A DNA stretch of 64,000 nucleotides, taken from an uncultured Gemmatimonadaceae bacterium (GTDB lineage: Bacteria > Gemmatimonadota > Gemmatimonadetes > Gemmatimonadales > Gemmatimonadaceae). This document shows positions 27,406 through 38,078 of the stretch, piece by piece. How positions within the stretch are numbered: the stretch's first letter is position 1; every line of letters begins with the position of its first letter. The notes below the pieces were generated by a model. The model made no database searches, was not told the origin of the DNA, and worked only from the letters and a program-made list of their open reading frames with translations. Made by a program: the position numbers and the translations under genes. Where the stretch lies: positions 1,024,001 to 1,088,000 of the forward strand of contig CAWFQK010000002.1 in the NCBI GenBank assembly GCA_963817955.1. The letters run 5' to 3'.

Positions 27406-29721
27406 TCAGTTCCGCAGCGGTTTGCCGGTCTTCAACATGTACTGCACTCGTTCCTGTGTCTCTTTCGTACCCAGCAACCGCAAGAATGCGTCGCGTTCGA
27501 GATCGAGGATGTCCCGTTCCGTGACGCGTCGCGGCGGACCGTCTCCGCCCGTCAGGATGTAGGCCAGCTCGTGCGCAATCCGGACTTCATGATCGGTGAT
27601 CTGTCCCGCCTCGTGCATGGCCCACACTGCGTAATGCAGGTTGCCAAGACCTTCCTTGCCGAGGGCCGGTATGGTACGTGGCAGGGGCGGCACGTAGTCG
27701 GGCGAGAGATCCACGACCCGCGCAACGGCATCGGCGATCAGTCGGTCGCGATTCATCGTGATGCGATCGACGTCGCGCAGAAAGCCGAGCTTGCGCGCGT
27801 CCAGTGCGCTGGTGCTCATCGTCGCCAGAGCGATCAACTGGAAGGCGCGTTTCACCGCCTCGAACGGATCGGCCTCGGCGTACGGTCCAAGCTCCGTGGT
27901 GAAGCGGAACAGCAGCTCGGTCGTTCCTCCCCCCGCGGGAATCAATCCGACGCCGACCTCTACGAGCCCCATATACAGCTCAGCGTGTGCCTGCACCCGA
28001 TCCGAGTACAGCGAGAACTCGCAGCCGCCGCCGAGCGTCAGGCCAAAGGGCGCGGCCACGACCGGGAATGGCGCTTGCCGAATACGGAGCGCGGTGTCCT
28101 GGAAGGTGCGCACCGCGCTCTCGATCTGCTTCCAGTTGCCAGCCTGAACGAGTGTGAGAATCAACGAGAGATCGGCGCCCGCCGTGAACGTGCGGGGGTC
28201 CTCGTTGCCGATCACCAGGCCCGCCAGGCCGGCGCGCTCGACACGATCGAGGGAGCGATGGATCATCGCGATCACGCCTTCGCCGAGCGTGTTCATCTTG
28301 CTGTGAAACTCGAGCACGGCCACGCCCGATCCGGCGTCGAGCAGCGACGCGTCATCGGAATGCTCGAGTACGCGCCGCTCGCGGTTGGAGGGAAGGTGCA
28401 ACTCCGCGAGGCGAATCTCGCCTTCCTCATGCGGTATCGGCTCGTAGCCGCCAGCGAGCGCGAGTACCTGCGTGCCGTCCGTGGAGTAGAACCCGTGGGT
28501 CGCCTCGCGGAGCAATGCCGGTTCGTCGAGACCCAGCTCGGCGAACCCGCGGCGCAGGAACTCGACGCCAATCATGTCCATCTGCCTGAACGGTCCGGCG
28601 TCCCAGGCATACCCCCACTCGATCGCATGATCGACGGCCGCGAGATCGTAGGCGATGACCGGCGTCGTACTCAACACGTAGTGAGAAAAGCGCAGTAAGT
28701 ATTCTTTAACGAATGTACTTTCCCGACCGTTCCAGTCACGGAGCGCGGCAAAGCGCTGGGGCAATGGGAGCCGCAACAGGCGCTTCAGTTCCGGGGTGTC
28801 CAACCTCGTCTGCGGCGCGTATTGGCCGCTCCGCCAATCGAGCGTGTGGATCTCTTTGCCCACCCGCTTGTAGAAGCCGGCGCCGCTCTTCTCGCCCAAC
28901 CGGCCAGCCTTCACGAGATCGAGCACCCAGGGCGGCAGCGAGAAATCCTCCTTCGTCGTGTCGCTCAGTTCTTTCGTGACGTGCGCAATGACGTCGATGC
29001 CGGACAGGTCAGCCGTTCGAAACGTCGCGGACTTCGACCGGCCGGTGAGGACACCTGTCAGCGCGTCCGTTTCGTCGATCGTCAGCCCGTGCTTCTCCAT
29101 CTGTCGAATGGCGAGCACCATGCCGAACACGCCGAGACGGTTGGCGACAAAGCCAGGGACGTCCTTCGCGACGACGATTCCTTTGCCGAGAATCCGATCG
29201 CTGAACCAGCGCGCAGCGTCGGTGGCCGCCCTGGACGTTTCCGGCGTCGGGATGATCTCCAGCAAATGGAGATAGCGCGGCGGATTGAAGAAGTGCATGC
29301 CGAGGAAGCGCGACCGGAACGATGCCGAGCGTCCCTGCATCAGGAGCTGCATTGGTATGCCAGAAGTATTCGACGCGACGATCGCGTGCTCCGGCAACAA
29401 TGTTTGCAGCTTTTCATAGAGTGCCCGCTTCGGCTCGAGCTGCTCGATGATCGCTTCGATGACCAGATCGCAGCCGCGCAGCTTCGCGAGGTCGTCCTCG
29501 GTATTTCCGATCTCGATGGCCGCGGCCCGCTCGACGTCCATGAACGCCGCCGGTCTCGACTTCTTCGCGCGTTCCACGCCGGCACGCGCAGTGGCGTTTC
29601 TGTCGTCTCCCGTCCCTGGAATATCGAGCAGCACCACGGGCAGACCAGCTGACGCTGCCAGGGCTGCAATGCCGCTTCCCATGGTACCCGCGCCGACGAC
29701 GCCGAGTTTGCGAATCCGCAT
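27406..29721 (-). CDS. fadN: 3-hydroxyacyl-CoA dehydrogenase/enoyl-CoA hydratase, FadN type
   Basis: [27 protein letters not shown]-terminal crotonase with GGGCE; ends GKPLRN; GAGG RBS. Confidence 0.93.
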   Translation of the reverse strand: MRIRKLGVVGAGTMGSGIAALAASAGLPVVLLDIPGTGDDRNATARAGVERAKKSRPAAFMDVERAAAIEIGNTEDDLAKLRGCDLVIEAIIEQLEPKRALYEKLQTLLPEHAIVASNTSGIPMQLLMQGRSASFRSRFLGMHFFNPPRYLHLLEIIPTPETSRAATDAARWFSDRILGKGIVVAKDVPGFVANRLGVFGMVLAIRQMEKHGLTIDETDALTGVLTGRSKSATFRTADLSGIDVIAHVTKELSDTTKEDFSLPPWVLDLVKAGRLGEKSGAGFYKRVGKEIHTLDWRSGQYAPQTRLDTPELKRLLRLPLPQRFAALRDWNGRESTFVKEYLLRFSHYVLSTTPVIAYDLAAVDHAIEWGYAWDAGPFRQMDMIGVEFLRRGFAELGLDEPALLREATHGFYSTDGTQVLALAGGYEPIPHEEGEIRLAELHLPSNRERRVLEHSDDASLLDAGSGVAVLEFHSKMNTLGEGVIAMIHRSLDRVERAGLAGLVIGNEDPRTFTAGADLSLILTLVQAGNWKQIESAVRTFQDTALRIRQAPFPVVAAPFGLTLGGGCEFSLYSDRVQAHAELYMGLVEVGVGLIPAGGGTTELLFRFTTELGPYAEADPFEAVKRAFQLIALATMSTSALDARKLGFLRDVDRITMNRDRLIADAVARVVDLSPDYVPPLPRTIPALGKEGLGNLHYAVWAMHEAGQITDHEVRIAHELAYILTGGDGPPRRVTERDILDLERDAFLRLLGTKETQERVQYMLKTGKPLRN

Positions 29722-29978
29722 CCACACCTCCGCACCGGTTCGTGAATCGCGGCGGAACAGCCCGCAGCCTGAGAGATAGCCGCCCACGGAAGCCACTGGC
29801 AGTCCGGCAGGCTAACCCCATTGCCAACAATATGTTGCCGACCCAGCTGGCCCCCTGTCGGGCCAACCCGGACATTCTGTCCCTGTGATGGAGGTTACAG
29901 ACGAGGACGGTATAGTTACGTAGTGATATCCGCTGCCGTCCACGTAATAGTCTGGACCGCTTTCATTTGGGTGCTGTC

Positions 29979-30446
29979 ATGAACTCTCATTGCCGGCCCT
30001 CGGACGTGCTGCGACGGCGCGGCTTTTCGATGATCGAGCTGCTCATTGTGATCGTCATGGTTGGCGTCGTGGGGGGCATGTCCACGGGCAAATTCCATTC
30101 GATCATCGTTCAACAACGCGTCCTGCGCGCCGCGGCTGTCGTGCGAACCGATGTCGAGGCGGCGTTCGCCCTGGCAAGCCGCAATCGCCGGCCCATTCGC
30201 GTGTCCTGGGATGCGACCAACCTGCAATTGGTCGTCACCGATCGCGCAGGTGCCCTGTTCTTTCGCCGCGCAGGACTCGGTCAGGATCCGTACAGTCTGC
30301 CGCCCGGCTCAGTCACCTTCTCGCGATCCGCGCTGGAGGTATACCCGAACGGCTTGGCGAACGACACGCTGCTCATCACGCTGTCGGCGAATGGCGTGAC
30401 CAAGAAGGTCTGGATTTCCCGGGCCGGCATGGTGCAGAGTCGATGA
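29979..30446 (+). CDS. Type IV minor pilin, FimT/FimU/GspH-like
   Basis: RRRG|FSMIELLIV prepilin motif; EVYPNG; VWISRAG. Confidence 0.85.
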   Translation: MNSHCRPSDVLRRRGFSMIELLIVIVMVGVVGGMSTGKFHSIIVQQRVLRAAAVVRTDVEAAFALASRNRRPIRVSWDATNLQLVVTDRAGALFFRRAGLGQDPYSLPPGSVTFSRSALEVYPNGLANDTLLITLSANGVTKKVWISRAGMVQSR

Positions 30447-30838
30447 AACAACGCAAAGGGTTTTCGCTCATCGAAATCATGGTGGCCATGACCATCATGT
30501 CGCTCGTCCTCATGTCGCTGTCCATGCTGAGCATGTACGTCGCCATTCGCGGCCGCGATAACGATGGCGCGGCAAAGCGCACAGCGGCGCTGCAGCTCGA
30601 GGCCAATAAATTCGGCGCCGTACCGTACAGCACGCTGGCGGGCTGGAACACGTCCAACGCGAGCTTCACGCTCGGCGACTTCAGGTATACGCGCAGGCTG
30701 ACCATCACAACCCTGTCCTCGTCGCGATACACCATCAAGATCGTCGTGGTGCCGTCGAGCAGCGCGGTCAGGCCCGATTCGGTAATCCTCGACCGCACGT
30801 TGCCCTCGACCAGTGGGGCGTTGTGCACCGGGTGCTGA
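30443..30838 (+). CDS. Type IV minor pilin, PilV-like
   Basis: RKG|FSLIEIMVAM; ATGA overlap; C-terminal CTGC. Confidence 0.85.
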   Translation: MKQRKGFSLIEIMVAMTIMSLVLMSLSMLSMYVAIRGRDNDGAAKRTAALQLEANKFGAVPYSTLAGWNTSNASFTLGDFRYTRRLTITTLSSSRYTIKIVVVPSSSAVRPDSVILDRTLPSTSGALCTGC

Positions 30839-30839
30839 C

Positions 30840-31724
30840 ATGAACACTCTGAACTCACGCCGCGGATTCACGCTGATCGAGGTGCTGATCGCATTGGTGA
30901 TCCTCGGCGTGCTTGGCGTGGCGTTCACCAAACTGCTCACCTCTCAAGGGCGGTTTTTCGATCAGCAGACGAATATGCGCACGGCGCGGAGTATCGCGCG
31001 CACCTCCACGAACATCCTGTTGTCCGATCTCCGCATGGTACAGGATTCGGGAGGAGTCGACTCAGTAGCCTTGGACGGCAAGGCGATTCGCATCATCGTG
31101 CCGTATCAGTTCGGATTGGTCTGCGCCACCGCTGGCACCGTGACGACGGTCAGCATGCTACCTGCCGATTCAGCGGCCGTCGCACAGGCCGTCTACGGTG
31201 GTTTCGCCTGGCGCAACCCGACCACCGGCCGGTACACTGTCGTTACACCGAGCCCCCCCACGATGCCCCTCTCGAGCAGCAATCCGGCGCTCTGCACTGG
31301 TGCGGGCAGCGGCCAAGCGCAGATTCGCACCGTGAGGATGAATGGTCGAACGGGAAGCATTCTCGATCTTCAGGCGCCGGCACCGACCGGTGCGACGACG
31401 TCGGCCACCGTATTCCTCTGGCAGAAGATCTCCTACTCGTTCAAGCCATCCACGGCTTATCCCGGCTTCATTGGCCTGTACCGCACCGCGATCGGGGGAG
31501 CAACGGAAGAGATCCTCGCGCCGTTCGACACGTCGGCCCGATTCAAGTTCTATCAGGCCGGCGAAGACTCGGCGCGCACCGTGCCGCCCAACGTCGCGCT
31601 CATCCGCGGGGTGAATCTGGTGCTCAACTCCCTTAGTCCAAAGAAAACGTCGGACAAGAATGCAACGAATTCGGCGTCGCACATCGTGACGTCGGTGTTT
31701 TTCAAAAACGTCCGTTCGTACTGA
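30840..31724 (+). CDS. Type IV minor pilin, PilW-like
   Basis: RRG|FTLIEVLIAL; LLSDLRM helix; C-terminal TSVFFKN. Confidence 0.85.
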   Translation: MNTLNSRRGFTLIEVLIALVILGVLGVAFTKLLTSQGRFFDQQTNMRTARSIARTSTNILLSDLRMVQDSGGVDSVALDGKAIRIIVPYQFGLVCATAGTVTTVSMLPADSAAVAQAVYGGFAWRNPTTGRYTVVTPSPPTMPLSSSNPALCTGAGSGQAQIRTVRMNGRTGSILDLQAPAPTGATTSATVFLWQKISYSFKPSTAYPGFIGLYRTAIGGATEEILAPFDTSARFKFYQAGEDSARTVPPNVALIRGVNLVLNSLSPKKTSDKNATNSASHIVTSVFFKNVRSY

Positions 31725-31736
31725 CTGGAGCCATCC

Positions 31737-32855
31737 ATGGTTCAGCTGAAGAATCGAAAAGCGTTCGCGTTGCCGATGACCATTCTGATCATCGCCGTCA
31801 TCACGGCAGCATTGGCGGCGGCGTTCACATCGGTCAGGGCGGAGTACATGACGAACACCGCCGAGCGGAGCCAGAACCGCGCCTATAACCTGGCCGAGAC
31901 AGGGCTCGAGCAGTTCATGGTACTACGCGACACGAGCTGGTGCAGCCACTGCAGCGACCCGGTGACGGCCGACTCCGAGTGGACTCGCGTTCCCCTGCCC
32001 GGGGGCGGGGGATATGCGGACGTCGTAGCCGTAAAGGTGCGCCCAATGGTCGACTCGGTCACTCCGGCGGTCTATTTCATACGCTCGAAGGGCACGGACA
32101 CCACGGTCAAGCTGAGCGGCGCGGGCAACTCCGTGTACGCGGAGCACACCGTAGGCGTGTACGCGCAGTGGATAACGACGACAATGAAGGTGAAGGCGGC
32201 TTGGGTAAGCTTGTCGGGATTGGTGAAGAACGGCGCGGGTACGATCAGTGGCGTCGATGAGTGCGGACAGATGCCCAACGTAGCCGGGGCTCAGGTGGAC
32301 AAAGGCGACTTGGTCGTGAACGGAAACGCTTCGTCCTTCCTGGGCAGTCCGCCGGTGGATACCAGCAAGACATTCGCGCAACTCAAGCCAACGGTGGGCA
32401 TCGACTGGAACGGCATCGTCAACAACAACGCGATCCCCGCCGAAATCACGATCCCGGGCGGGGCCTTTCCCTCCGCCCATGACTTCGCAGTAGATACGAA
32501 CTACTGGCCGATCATCCGCGTTCACACCAACAACTATGGTCTGCCGAATGCCGGACGCGGCATCATCATTGCCGACAGCAATTTCACGATCAGCGGAAGC
32601 AACATGTGGAGCGGCATTGTCCTCGTGGGCGGTACGCTGACGTCGAACGGAAACAACACCACGTATGGCGCCACGCTCAGCGGACTGAATTTCCTCATCG
32701 GCGGCACCCCGTCTCCGTCGACCGTGGACGATTCGTACGCCAATGGTCAAAAGGACTACGTCTACGATTCCTGCTCCGTGGCCAAGGCATCGTCGATGAT
32801 GCGAAAGTACGTCGCAATTCCAAATTCGTGGATGGACAACCTGGCGTCCTGGTAG
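31737..32855 (+). CDS. Type IV minor pilin, PilX-like
   Basis: RKA|FALPMT (no Glu5); AYNLAETGLE; GGAG RBS. Confidence 0.8.
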   Translation: MVQLKNRKAFALPMTILIIAVITAALAAAFTSVRAEYMTNTAERSQNRAYNLAETGLEQFMVLRDTSWCSHCSDPVTADSEWTRVPLPGGGGYADVVAVKVRPMVDSVTPAVYFIRSKGTDTTVKLSGAGNSVYAEHTVGVYAQWITTTMKVKAAWVSLSGLVKNGAGTISGVDECGQMPNVAGAQVDKGDLVVNGNASSFLGSPPVDTSKTFAQLKPTVGIDWNGIVNNNAIPAEITIPGGAFPSAHDFAVDTNYWPIIRVHTNNYGLPNAGRGIIIADSNFTISGSNMWSGIVLVGGTLTSNGNNTTYGATLSGLNFLIGGTPSPSTVDDSYANGQKDYVYDSCSVAKASSMMRKYVAIPNSWMDNLASW

Positions 32856-32875
32856 CTGCTGATGGCTGGATTATG

Positions 32876-32912
32876 AGAAGGGCGGGAGCGACATCGTCGC
32901 TTCCGCCCTTCT
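32876..32912. terminator. Hairpin between convergent genes, probable terminator
   Basis: AGAAGGGCGGGAGCGAC-ATC-GTCGCTTCCGCCCTTCT, 17-bp stem with one G:U. Confidence 0.75.
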
Positions 32913-32943
32913 TCGCTAGAGTCAGCCGTCTCGCGTCTGGTCC

Positions 32944-35400
32944 CTACGGCATCCCAAACGGATCCCCCGGAGGCGCAACGAGCGACGGCGAGAACTTGGG
33001 TAGTTCGCGCTTGTCGATCCACCGCGTGAAATCGTTCGAGATCGACAGCCAGTGCGCGCGCTCGTCGTCGCCGCGTGCCGCCGTCTGGCGACTGCGCGCC
33101 TTGGAGCGGAGGTCGGCAATCTTGAGCTCAGCCATCGCACGCACCTCGGCCGCGGCGTCGTTGTCGGCGGCGAGCATCAGCAGCTTGTCGGCCACGGTGC
33201 GCTGGGTGACGCGCTGCAGCGCCGCGAGCTTGGGGGACGGCTGAGCCGGTGCACCCCACGTTGCACCAACGAGAGCGTCGATCGTGCCGCCGAGCGTGAG
33301 GTGTGGCCCGGCACCGCGGTTGCCGAATTCCACCAGCCGGGCAGCTCGATCGCGCTGCAGAATCATGTCGACGATCATCTGCGACAACGTCTGCGCGGCA
33401 CCCAGTTCGTCGAACGCCGGCCGAGTGCGACTCTGGAACAATTCCACGGTCGGCGTCACGGCGTTCGCCCCTGGTGCCATGAGTGTCAACACGGTATCCG
33501 GAATGGCCAGCTCATCCGGACTCAACGCGCTGACCATCAAGTGCAGCGCGTCCATTTGCTGCTTATAGGCGACGGGCCGCGTTGCCTGCTGCGCGTCGCC
33601 ACTGACGGCGTTGGTGTACTCCATCCCGCCTATGGCCTTCGACGTGCCATTCAAAGCGAAGCGATGCATGAAGTAGACAGGGGCAAATCGTTCCTGCAAC
33701 AGCGTGATCGGATCGCCGGGTCTGATGTTGCGCAGCCCGAAGTCGCGCATGGCGACGCGACGTACTGCGGTTTGACTTCTGAGGAAGTCGAGCGGCGTGG
33801 CGTCGTCGTCCCACAGGTTCACGCGCGGGTCGGAGCCGTACTCGGGGCGCGCATCGGCGTCCGAGAGATAGACATAGCCCTTCTTGAGGCCGTCGGCGAC
33901 AATGGCGCGCAGCGAGTCGCGCTCGCTCGAGACCGGAAAGATGCCATAGCCCCAGTGAATGGCCCAAACGTCGTACGGGCCCGGTCCAACCGCGTACGCC
34001 TGCTGGATGTCGATGCGCCCGTTCGCGTCGAGTCGCACGCGCGGCGGCGGGTAGTCCATCACCGAACCGCGCTCGTAGGTCGACGCGATGTAGTTGTGCG
34101 ACAGACCGAGCGTGTGCCCCGTTTCGTGCGCGCTCACCTGGCGCACGCGGGCGAGCACGAACGCCGTGTCGGCCGCAGAGGCGGCGGCGCCCATCAGCCC
34201 GGCGTAGAGATTGTAGTCGGTACGCGCACGATGGGAGTCGAGCCGGGCCATGCCCTTGATCATCTCGCCGGTACGCGGATCGGTGAGCGCACCACCAACC
34301 GACCACCCGCGCTCGTTACGGTTCTCCCACTGTACGACGTTGTACCGGGCGTCCATGGGATCTACCCCTTCGGGGAGCAGTTCGGCCTTGAATCCCCCCG
34401 TGAGACCCGCGCGGTCAAACGCCTGCTCCCACCACTTCACGCCGGCAAGCGTCGCCGAGCGCATCGGTTCGGGAATACCACGGTCGACGTAATAGCGGAT
34501 CGGTTCCTTGATTGGCGATTTGGGATCATTCGGGTCGACGCGTTCCAGGCGATGCCGTGACGCGAGGCGAATCTGTAGCGGGTCTTGAATCGGCTGCGCG
34601 TAGTCCTTGTACGAAACGCCAAAGTAGCCGACGCGCGGGTCGATCGCGCGCGTATGGAAGTTGGCGTCCGGGAGCTTGAGAAAACTCAGGTGCTGTCGCA
34701 GCGTGAACGCTCGGCCATCCGGGACGATCGATGCCACGATGCCGCCTGGGCGCGCTGTCGTGGCATAGGTGAGGGCGACGTCGATTTCCGTGTTATCCGG
34801 AAAGGCTTTGGTGTACGGCCGGTAGATCGTCGAACGGTCGCGCGCCACCGCGTACGTCCCCTGCTGGCTTCGCGTCAGCGTTCCCACGACATCGTTCCAG
34901 TCGCGCATCGCGACGTCGGTCGCATCGACGAGCAGGCGTCCGCCCTCGTCGGCCAGGAGCGGCATGGCCGCCACGGTGCTTGGCGGGAAGGCCTCGGCAA
35001 CGGTACGCAAGTGATCCGCGCTTCCCGACGTGCTGCGATATGCCCAGTTCTCGAGCACGAGGAGCACCCGGTCGCCGTCGCGGTCGAAGCGGGCCACCTG
35101 GGTCTCGCCGCTGGAACCCCGATCGATGCCAATGGGATTCGAACCCAAACCGGTTGCTTGGGTAATGAGCAGGAGGGCACGCGTCGAGTCCCGCGGGATC
35201 TCGATGAGGATGCGCCCTGACCTCGGGTCGAGGTAAATTGGAAGAAACCCGTCTCGGCGCTCCATGCCCGCCGTCCGCGCGGCAATCGACGTTGAGAGTG
35301 GCGCTGTTGTTGCTTGAGCGAGGACAGCCGCGGGACAGGCGAAGAGGATGATCGACGCGAGCGCCAGCGGCGCTCGCCGTGGGCGGGGAGCAGGTTTCAT
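32944..35400 (-). CDS. Secreted zinc-dependent metalloprotease (metzincin, DUF5117/DUF4953 type)
   Basis: Signal peptide; DPRVGYF, PIRYYVD, DPRTGE, HETGHTLGLSHN, SVMDY Met-turn. Confidence 0.9.
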   Translation of the reverse strand: MKPAPRPRRAPLALASIILFACPAAVLAQATTAPLSTSIAARTAGMERRDGFLPIYLDPRSGRILIEIPRDSTRALLLITQATGLGSNPIGIDRGSSGETQVARFDRDGDRVLLVLENWAYRSTSGSADHLRTVAEAFPPSTVAAMPLLADEGGRLLVDATDVAMRDWNDVVGTLTRSQQGTYAVARDRSTIYRPYTKAFPDNTEIDVALTYATTARPGGIVASIVPDGRAFTLRQHLSFLKLPDANFHTRAIDPRVGYFGVSYKDYAQPIQDPLQIRLASRHRLERVDPNDPKSPIKEPIRYYVDRGIPEPMRSATLAGVKWWEQAFDRAGLTGGFKAELLPEGVDPMDARYNVVQWENRNERGWSVGGALTDPRTGEMIKGMARLDSHRARTDYNLYAGLMGAAASAADTAFVLARVRQVSAHETGHTLGLSHNYIASTYERGSVMDYPPPRVRLDANGRIDIQQAYAVGPGPYDVWAIHWGYGIFPVSSERDSLRAIVADGLKKGYVYLSDADARPEYGSDPRVNLWDDDATPLDFLRSQTAVRRVAMRDFGLRNIRPGDPITLLQERFAPVYFMHRFALNGTSKAIGGMEYTNAVSGDAQQATRPVAYKQQMDALHLMVSALSPDELAIPDTVLTLMAPGANAVTPTVELFQSRTRPAFDELGAAQTLSQMIVDMILQRDRAARLVEFGNRGAGPHLTLGGTIDALVGATWGAPAQPSPKLAALQRVTQRTVADKLLMLAADNDAAAEVRAMAELKIADLRSKARSRQTAARGDDERAHWLSISNDFTRWIDKRELPKFSPSLVAPPGDPFGMP

Positions 35401-35435
35401 TGGGGGTCTTCTCTCAAATGCTTCGTGAGGGTCTA

Positions 35436-36050
35436 GTGCGATCGCATAGAATACAGGTTGTGGCGCTGCTCGCCATCCTTTCTGGCTGTGCCAGTAGTGG
35501 TCCGCTCAAATTTGGCCCGGCCGACGCTCTCGCGCCGCGTGTTGCACCGCAAAAGGGCGAGCGCAGGCCGCTGCACCTCACGCTACAAGTCGACCGCCCG
35601 GCAAATGTCGCCGTGTTCCTGGTGACGCCCGGCGCCGGCAGCGTACTTCTGTTCCCCGACGATTCAACCCGAAGCGGATTCGTGGACGCGGGATCGCATC
35701 TCGTACAGACATCGCTGGCCAAACTGAGTTTGAGCGACACGTCGCGCTTGATTCGCCGGCCGGGCCAGCCGCAGGAGCCGGCGGGTGGCATGGGACGACC
35801 CATGGGTGGCCGGGGGGGCGAGCGTGGCGGACGCGAATCGATGTCGTCGTCCGGGTTCAACCAGCACGGGTATCTGCTGGTGTACGCATCTCAGGACCCG
35901 CTACCCTACAGCATTCTCAACACCCGCGTCTCCGGGATATCTATTCCGATCGACGACAAGGATGCGCTGACCACGGTCATGAAGCTCATTCGCGAGACGA
36001 CGCATACCACTGGTCCGTGGGCCGCGTACGCTACGAGCTTTCCACCCTGA
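35436..36050 (+). CDS. Hypothetical lipoprotein
   Basis: LLAILSGC lipobox; start GTG 35436 or ATG 35418. Confidence 0.6.
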   Translation: MRSHRIQVVALLAILSGCASSGPLKFGPADALAPRVAPQKGERRPLHLTLQVDRPANVAVFLVTPGAGSVLLFPDDSTRSGFVDAGSHLVQTSLAKLSLSDTSRLIRRPGQPQEPAGGMGRPMGGRGGERGGRESMSSSGFNQHGYLLVYASQDPLPYSILNTRVSGISIPIDDKDALTTVMKLIRETTHTTGPWAAYATSFPP

Positions 36051-36074
36051 GCGTCCCCAGGGCACGCCTTGGGG

Positions 36075-37913
36075 CTACGGCCCGGTCGTGCCTGTGAGGA
36101 TGCCGTTCCGGATACGGATTGCCTTCGGCGTCGCCGCAGGATCCGGGGCCACGACCAGGTCCCCAGGCGCGAACTGCAGCTTCCCCGGCAGCGTGATGGT
36201 CTCGGTGCCACGGCGCACCGTGATTGGAAGCGGCGATCCCTCGGCCGACGCGCCGTATTTTGCTCGCAGCTTGGCGCCGAACTGTTGGTCGACGACAGGA
36301 ATATCGCCCACCGAAATCAGGTAATCACCCGCCCGCACGCCGGCCGCAGCGGCTGAGCTGCCTTCGGTGACGTTCGCCACGAGCATTCCGTTGAGGTCCT
36401 GTTGCGTGAGAACTCCCAGGCGGGGAACCTGTTCCTGGTGCGCGCGCAGTCCTACCAGCGGGAGAATGCTGTCCCACGGGAATGGCTCGCGTCCATCGAT
36501 GTAACGCGAGTTGAAGGACGCGAACGACTTTGCGCCTGGGCCGGCCGCGGCACTCACGGCGCTCCACCATTCTGCACCGGTGAAGCCCTGTCCGCGCTTG
36601 TACGTCGTCTGGTACAACGACCGCATGACATCATCGAGCGAATGACGGTTGTTGCTCGCGTCACGGATCAGGACGTCGAGCATGAATCCCGCGAGCGACC
36701 CCTTTGGATAGTAGATGTATTCGGTGCCGTCCACCGGATGCACCCAGGTATTGAGCGACGCGTCTTCGAGGGAAACCGGCACGGCACTCATGACTTCATT
36801 CATCTTGTCACCGGTCAGCTTGTAGAAAGCCGCCGCATCGTTGACGCCGCCGCGTACCTGGGCGAGATCGGCGTAGTAGTCGGTGATGCCCTCCGACACC
36901 CAGAGCCACGGGGTGGGCTGTGGATGTTCGTACTGATATGGCCACATCTCCGACGGGCGCAACCGCTTCACGTTCCACGAGTGGAAGATCTCGTGTGCAT
37001 AGAGCGACGGCTGGAAATCGCTGCCGACGTACGCGGGCGCGACCACGTCGACGTGAGAGCTCTGGTGTTCGAGCCCGCTCGCCCCGCCATAGGTGGAATC
37101 GACGATCTGCATGATCGTGTAGTTCTCCCACGGCGTCTCGCCGAACACCGACGCCTCCACAGGAATCACCCGCTTCAGTTGGTCCCATGCGGTTTGGCGG
37201 ATATGCGCGCTCACGGCGCCCACCGGGTAGGTGGCATATCGCACCCAGCGATTCACGATTCGAGTGCTGTCCAGATCGTAATGTCCAATGAAGAATGGCA
37301 TGTCCACGAGATCGTGGTAGTTGCCCGCCGTGTACGTCCGCGCCCGCGACGCAGGGGACAACCCCGTCGTGACCTGCCAGTCTGCCTCGGTATGCACCGT
37401 TACGGACGACGGATAGTCGAATGACTGGCCATCCGGATACAAGAAGAGATTCGTGCCGTTGAAGAGCAGGAAGTCCGGCTTCGTCCACGCCATGGCATTG
37501 TCGAGCGTATCGGCGACATAGCGGAACGACACGCGTACGTTCTTGGCGCCGTCCGTTCGTATGCGCCACGTCTCGTAATCCATCTTGTCCCAAGTCAGCG
37601 GCTTGCCGTCAGCCGTTGCCTGGAACCCGGTCACCCATCGCGAGAAGTAAGAAATCTCATACGCCCCCGGCGTCCATGCGGGCAACGAGAGTATCGTCGG
37701 AGCTGCGGTGGTCGTGGTAAACGACATCGCGACGTCCACTATGCGCTGTTCGGCGTTGGCGCGCATGAATGTCACGTCGTATCGGACGTCGCGAAGAGGG
37801 GTGGAGACGGTGTCGCCGCGCCGCTGCGCTGCCGCGGCGCTCGAGAACCCCACGATGGCGAAAGCGGCGGCGGCGAGCATTCGGCGCATACGAATCCTTG
37901 AAGGAGCGGTCAT
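36075..37913 (-). CDS. M61 family glycyl aminopeptidase with PDZ domain
   Basis: PAWTPGAY, GLEH, HEIFHSWNVKR, WVSEGITDYY, YPKG, C-terminal PDZ. Confidence 0.92.
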   Translation of the reverse strand: MTAPSRIRMRRMLAAAAFAIVGFSSAAAAQRRGDTVSTPLRDVRYDVTFMRANAEQRIVDVAMSFTTTTAAPTILSLPAWTPGAYEISYFSRWVTGFQATADGKPLTWDKMDYETWRIRTDGAKNVRVSFRYVADTLDNAMAWTKPDFLLFNGTNLFLYPDGQSFDYPSSVTVHTEADWQVTTGLSPASRARTYTAGNYHDLVDMPFFIGHYDLDSTRIVNRWVRYATYPVGAVSAHIRQTAWDQLKRVIPVEASVFGETPWENYTIMQIVDSTYGGASGLEHQSSHVDVVAPAYVGSDFQPSLYAHEIFHSWNVKRLRPSEMWPYQYEHPQPTPWLWVSEGITDYYADLAQVRGGVNDAAAFYKLTGDKMNEVMSAVPVSLEDASLNTWVHPVDGTEYIYYPKGSLAGFMLDVLIRDASNNRHSLDDVMRSLYQTTYKRGQGFTGAEWWSAVSAAAGPGAKSFASFNSRYIDGREPFPWDSILPLVGLRAHQEQVPRLGVLTQQDLNGMLVANVTEGSSAAAAGVRAGDYLISVGDIPVVDQQFGAKLRAKYGASAEGSPLPITVRRGTETITLPGKLQFAPGDLVVAPDPAATPKAIRIRNGILTGTTGP

Positions 37914-38078
37914 GGCAAGAAACTACTTGGCGCAGGATTCACGCCGACAGTTGGCGACGAAATCCATACATGGATATGTGAGATGGTGACGAATGCGTCG
38001 ATCGGGGCCGACACCGGCCCCTGTAAACGAGTCTCGATCCCGCTATCGCCCCGCGTAAGGTGCCCCCATATTGCCCGA

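Noticed and set aside
29722..29978. c-di-GMP riboswitch upstream of the pilins
   Set aside because: I could not find the GEMM consensus elements by eye; an Rfam scan would settle it
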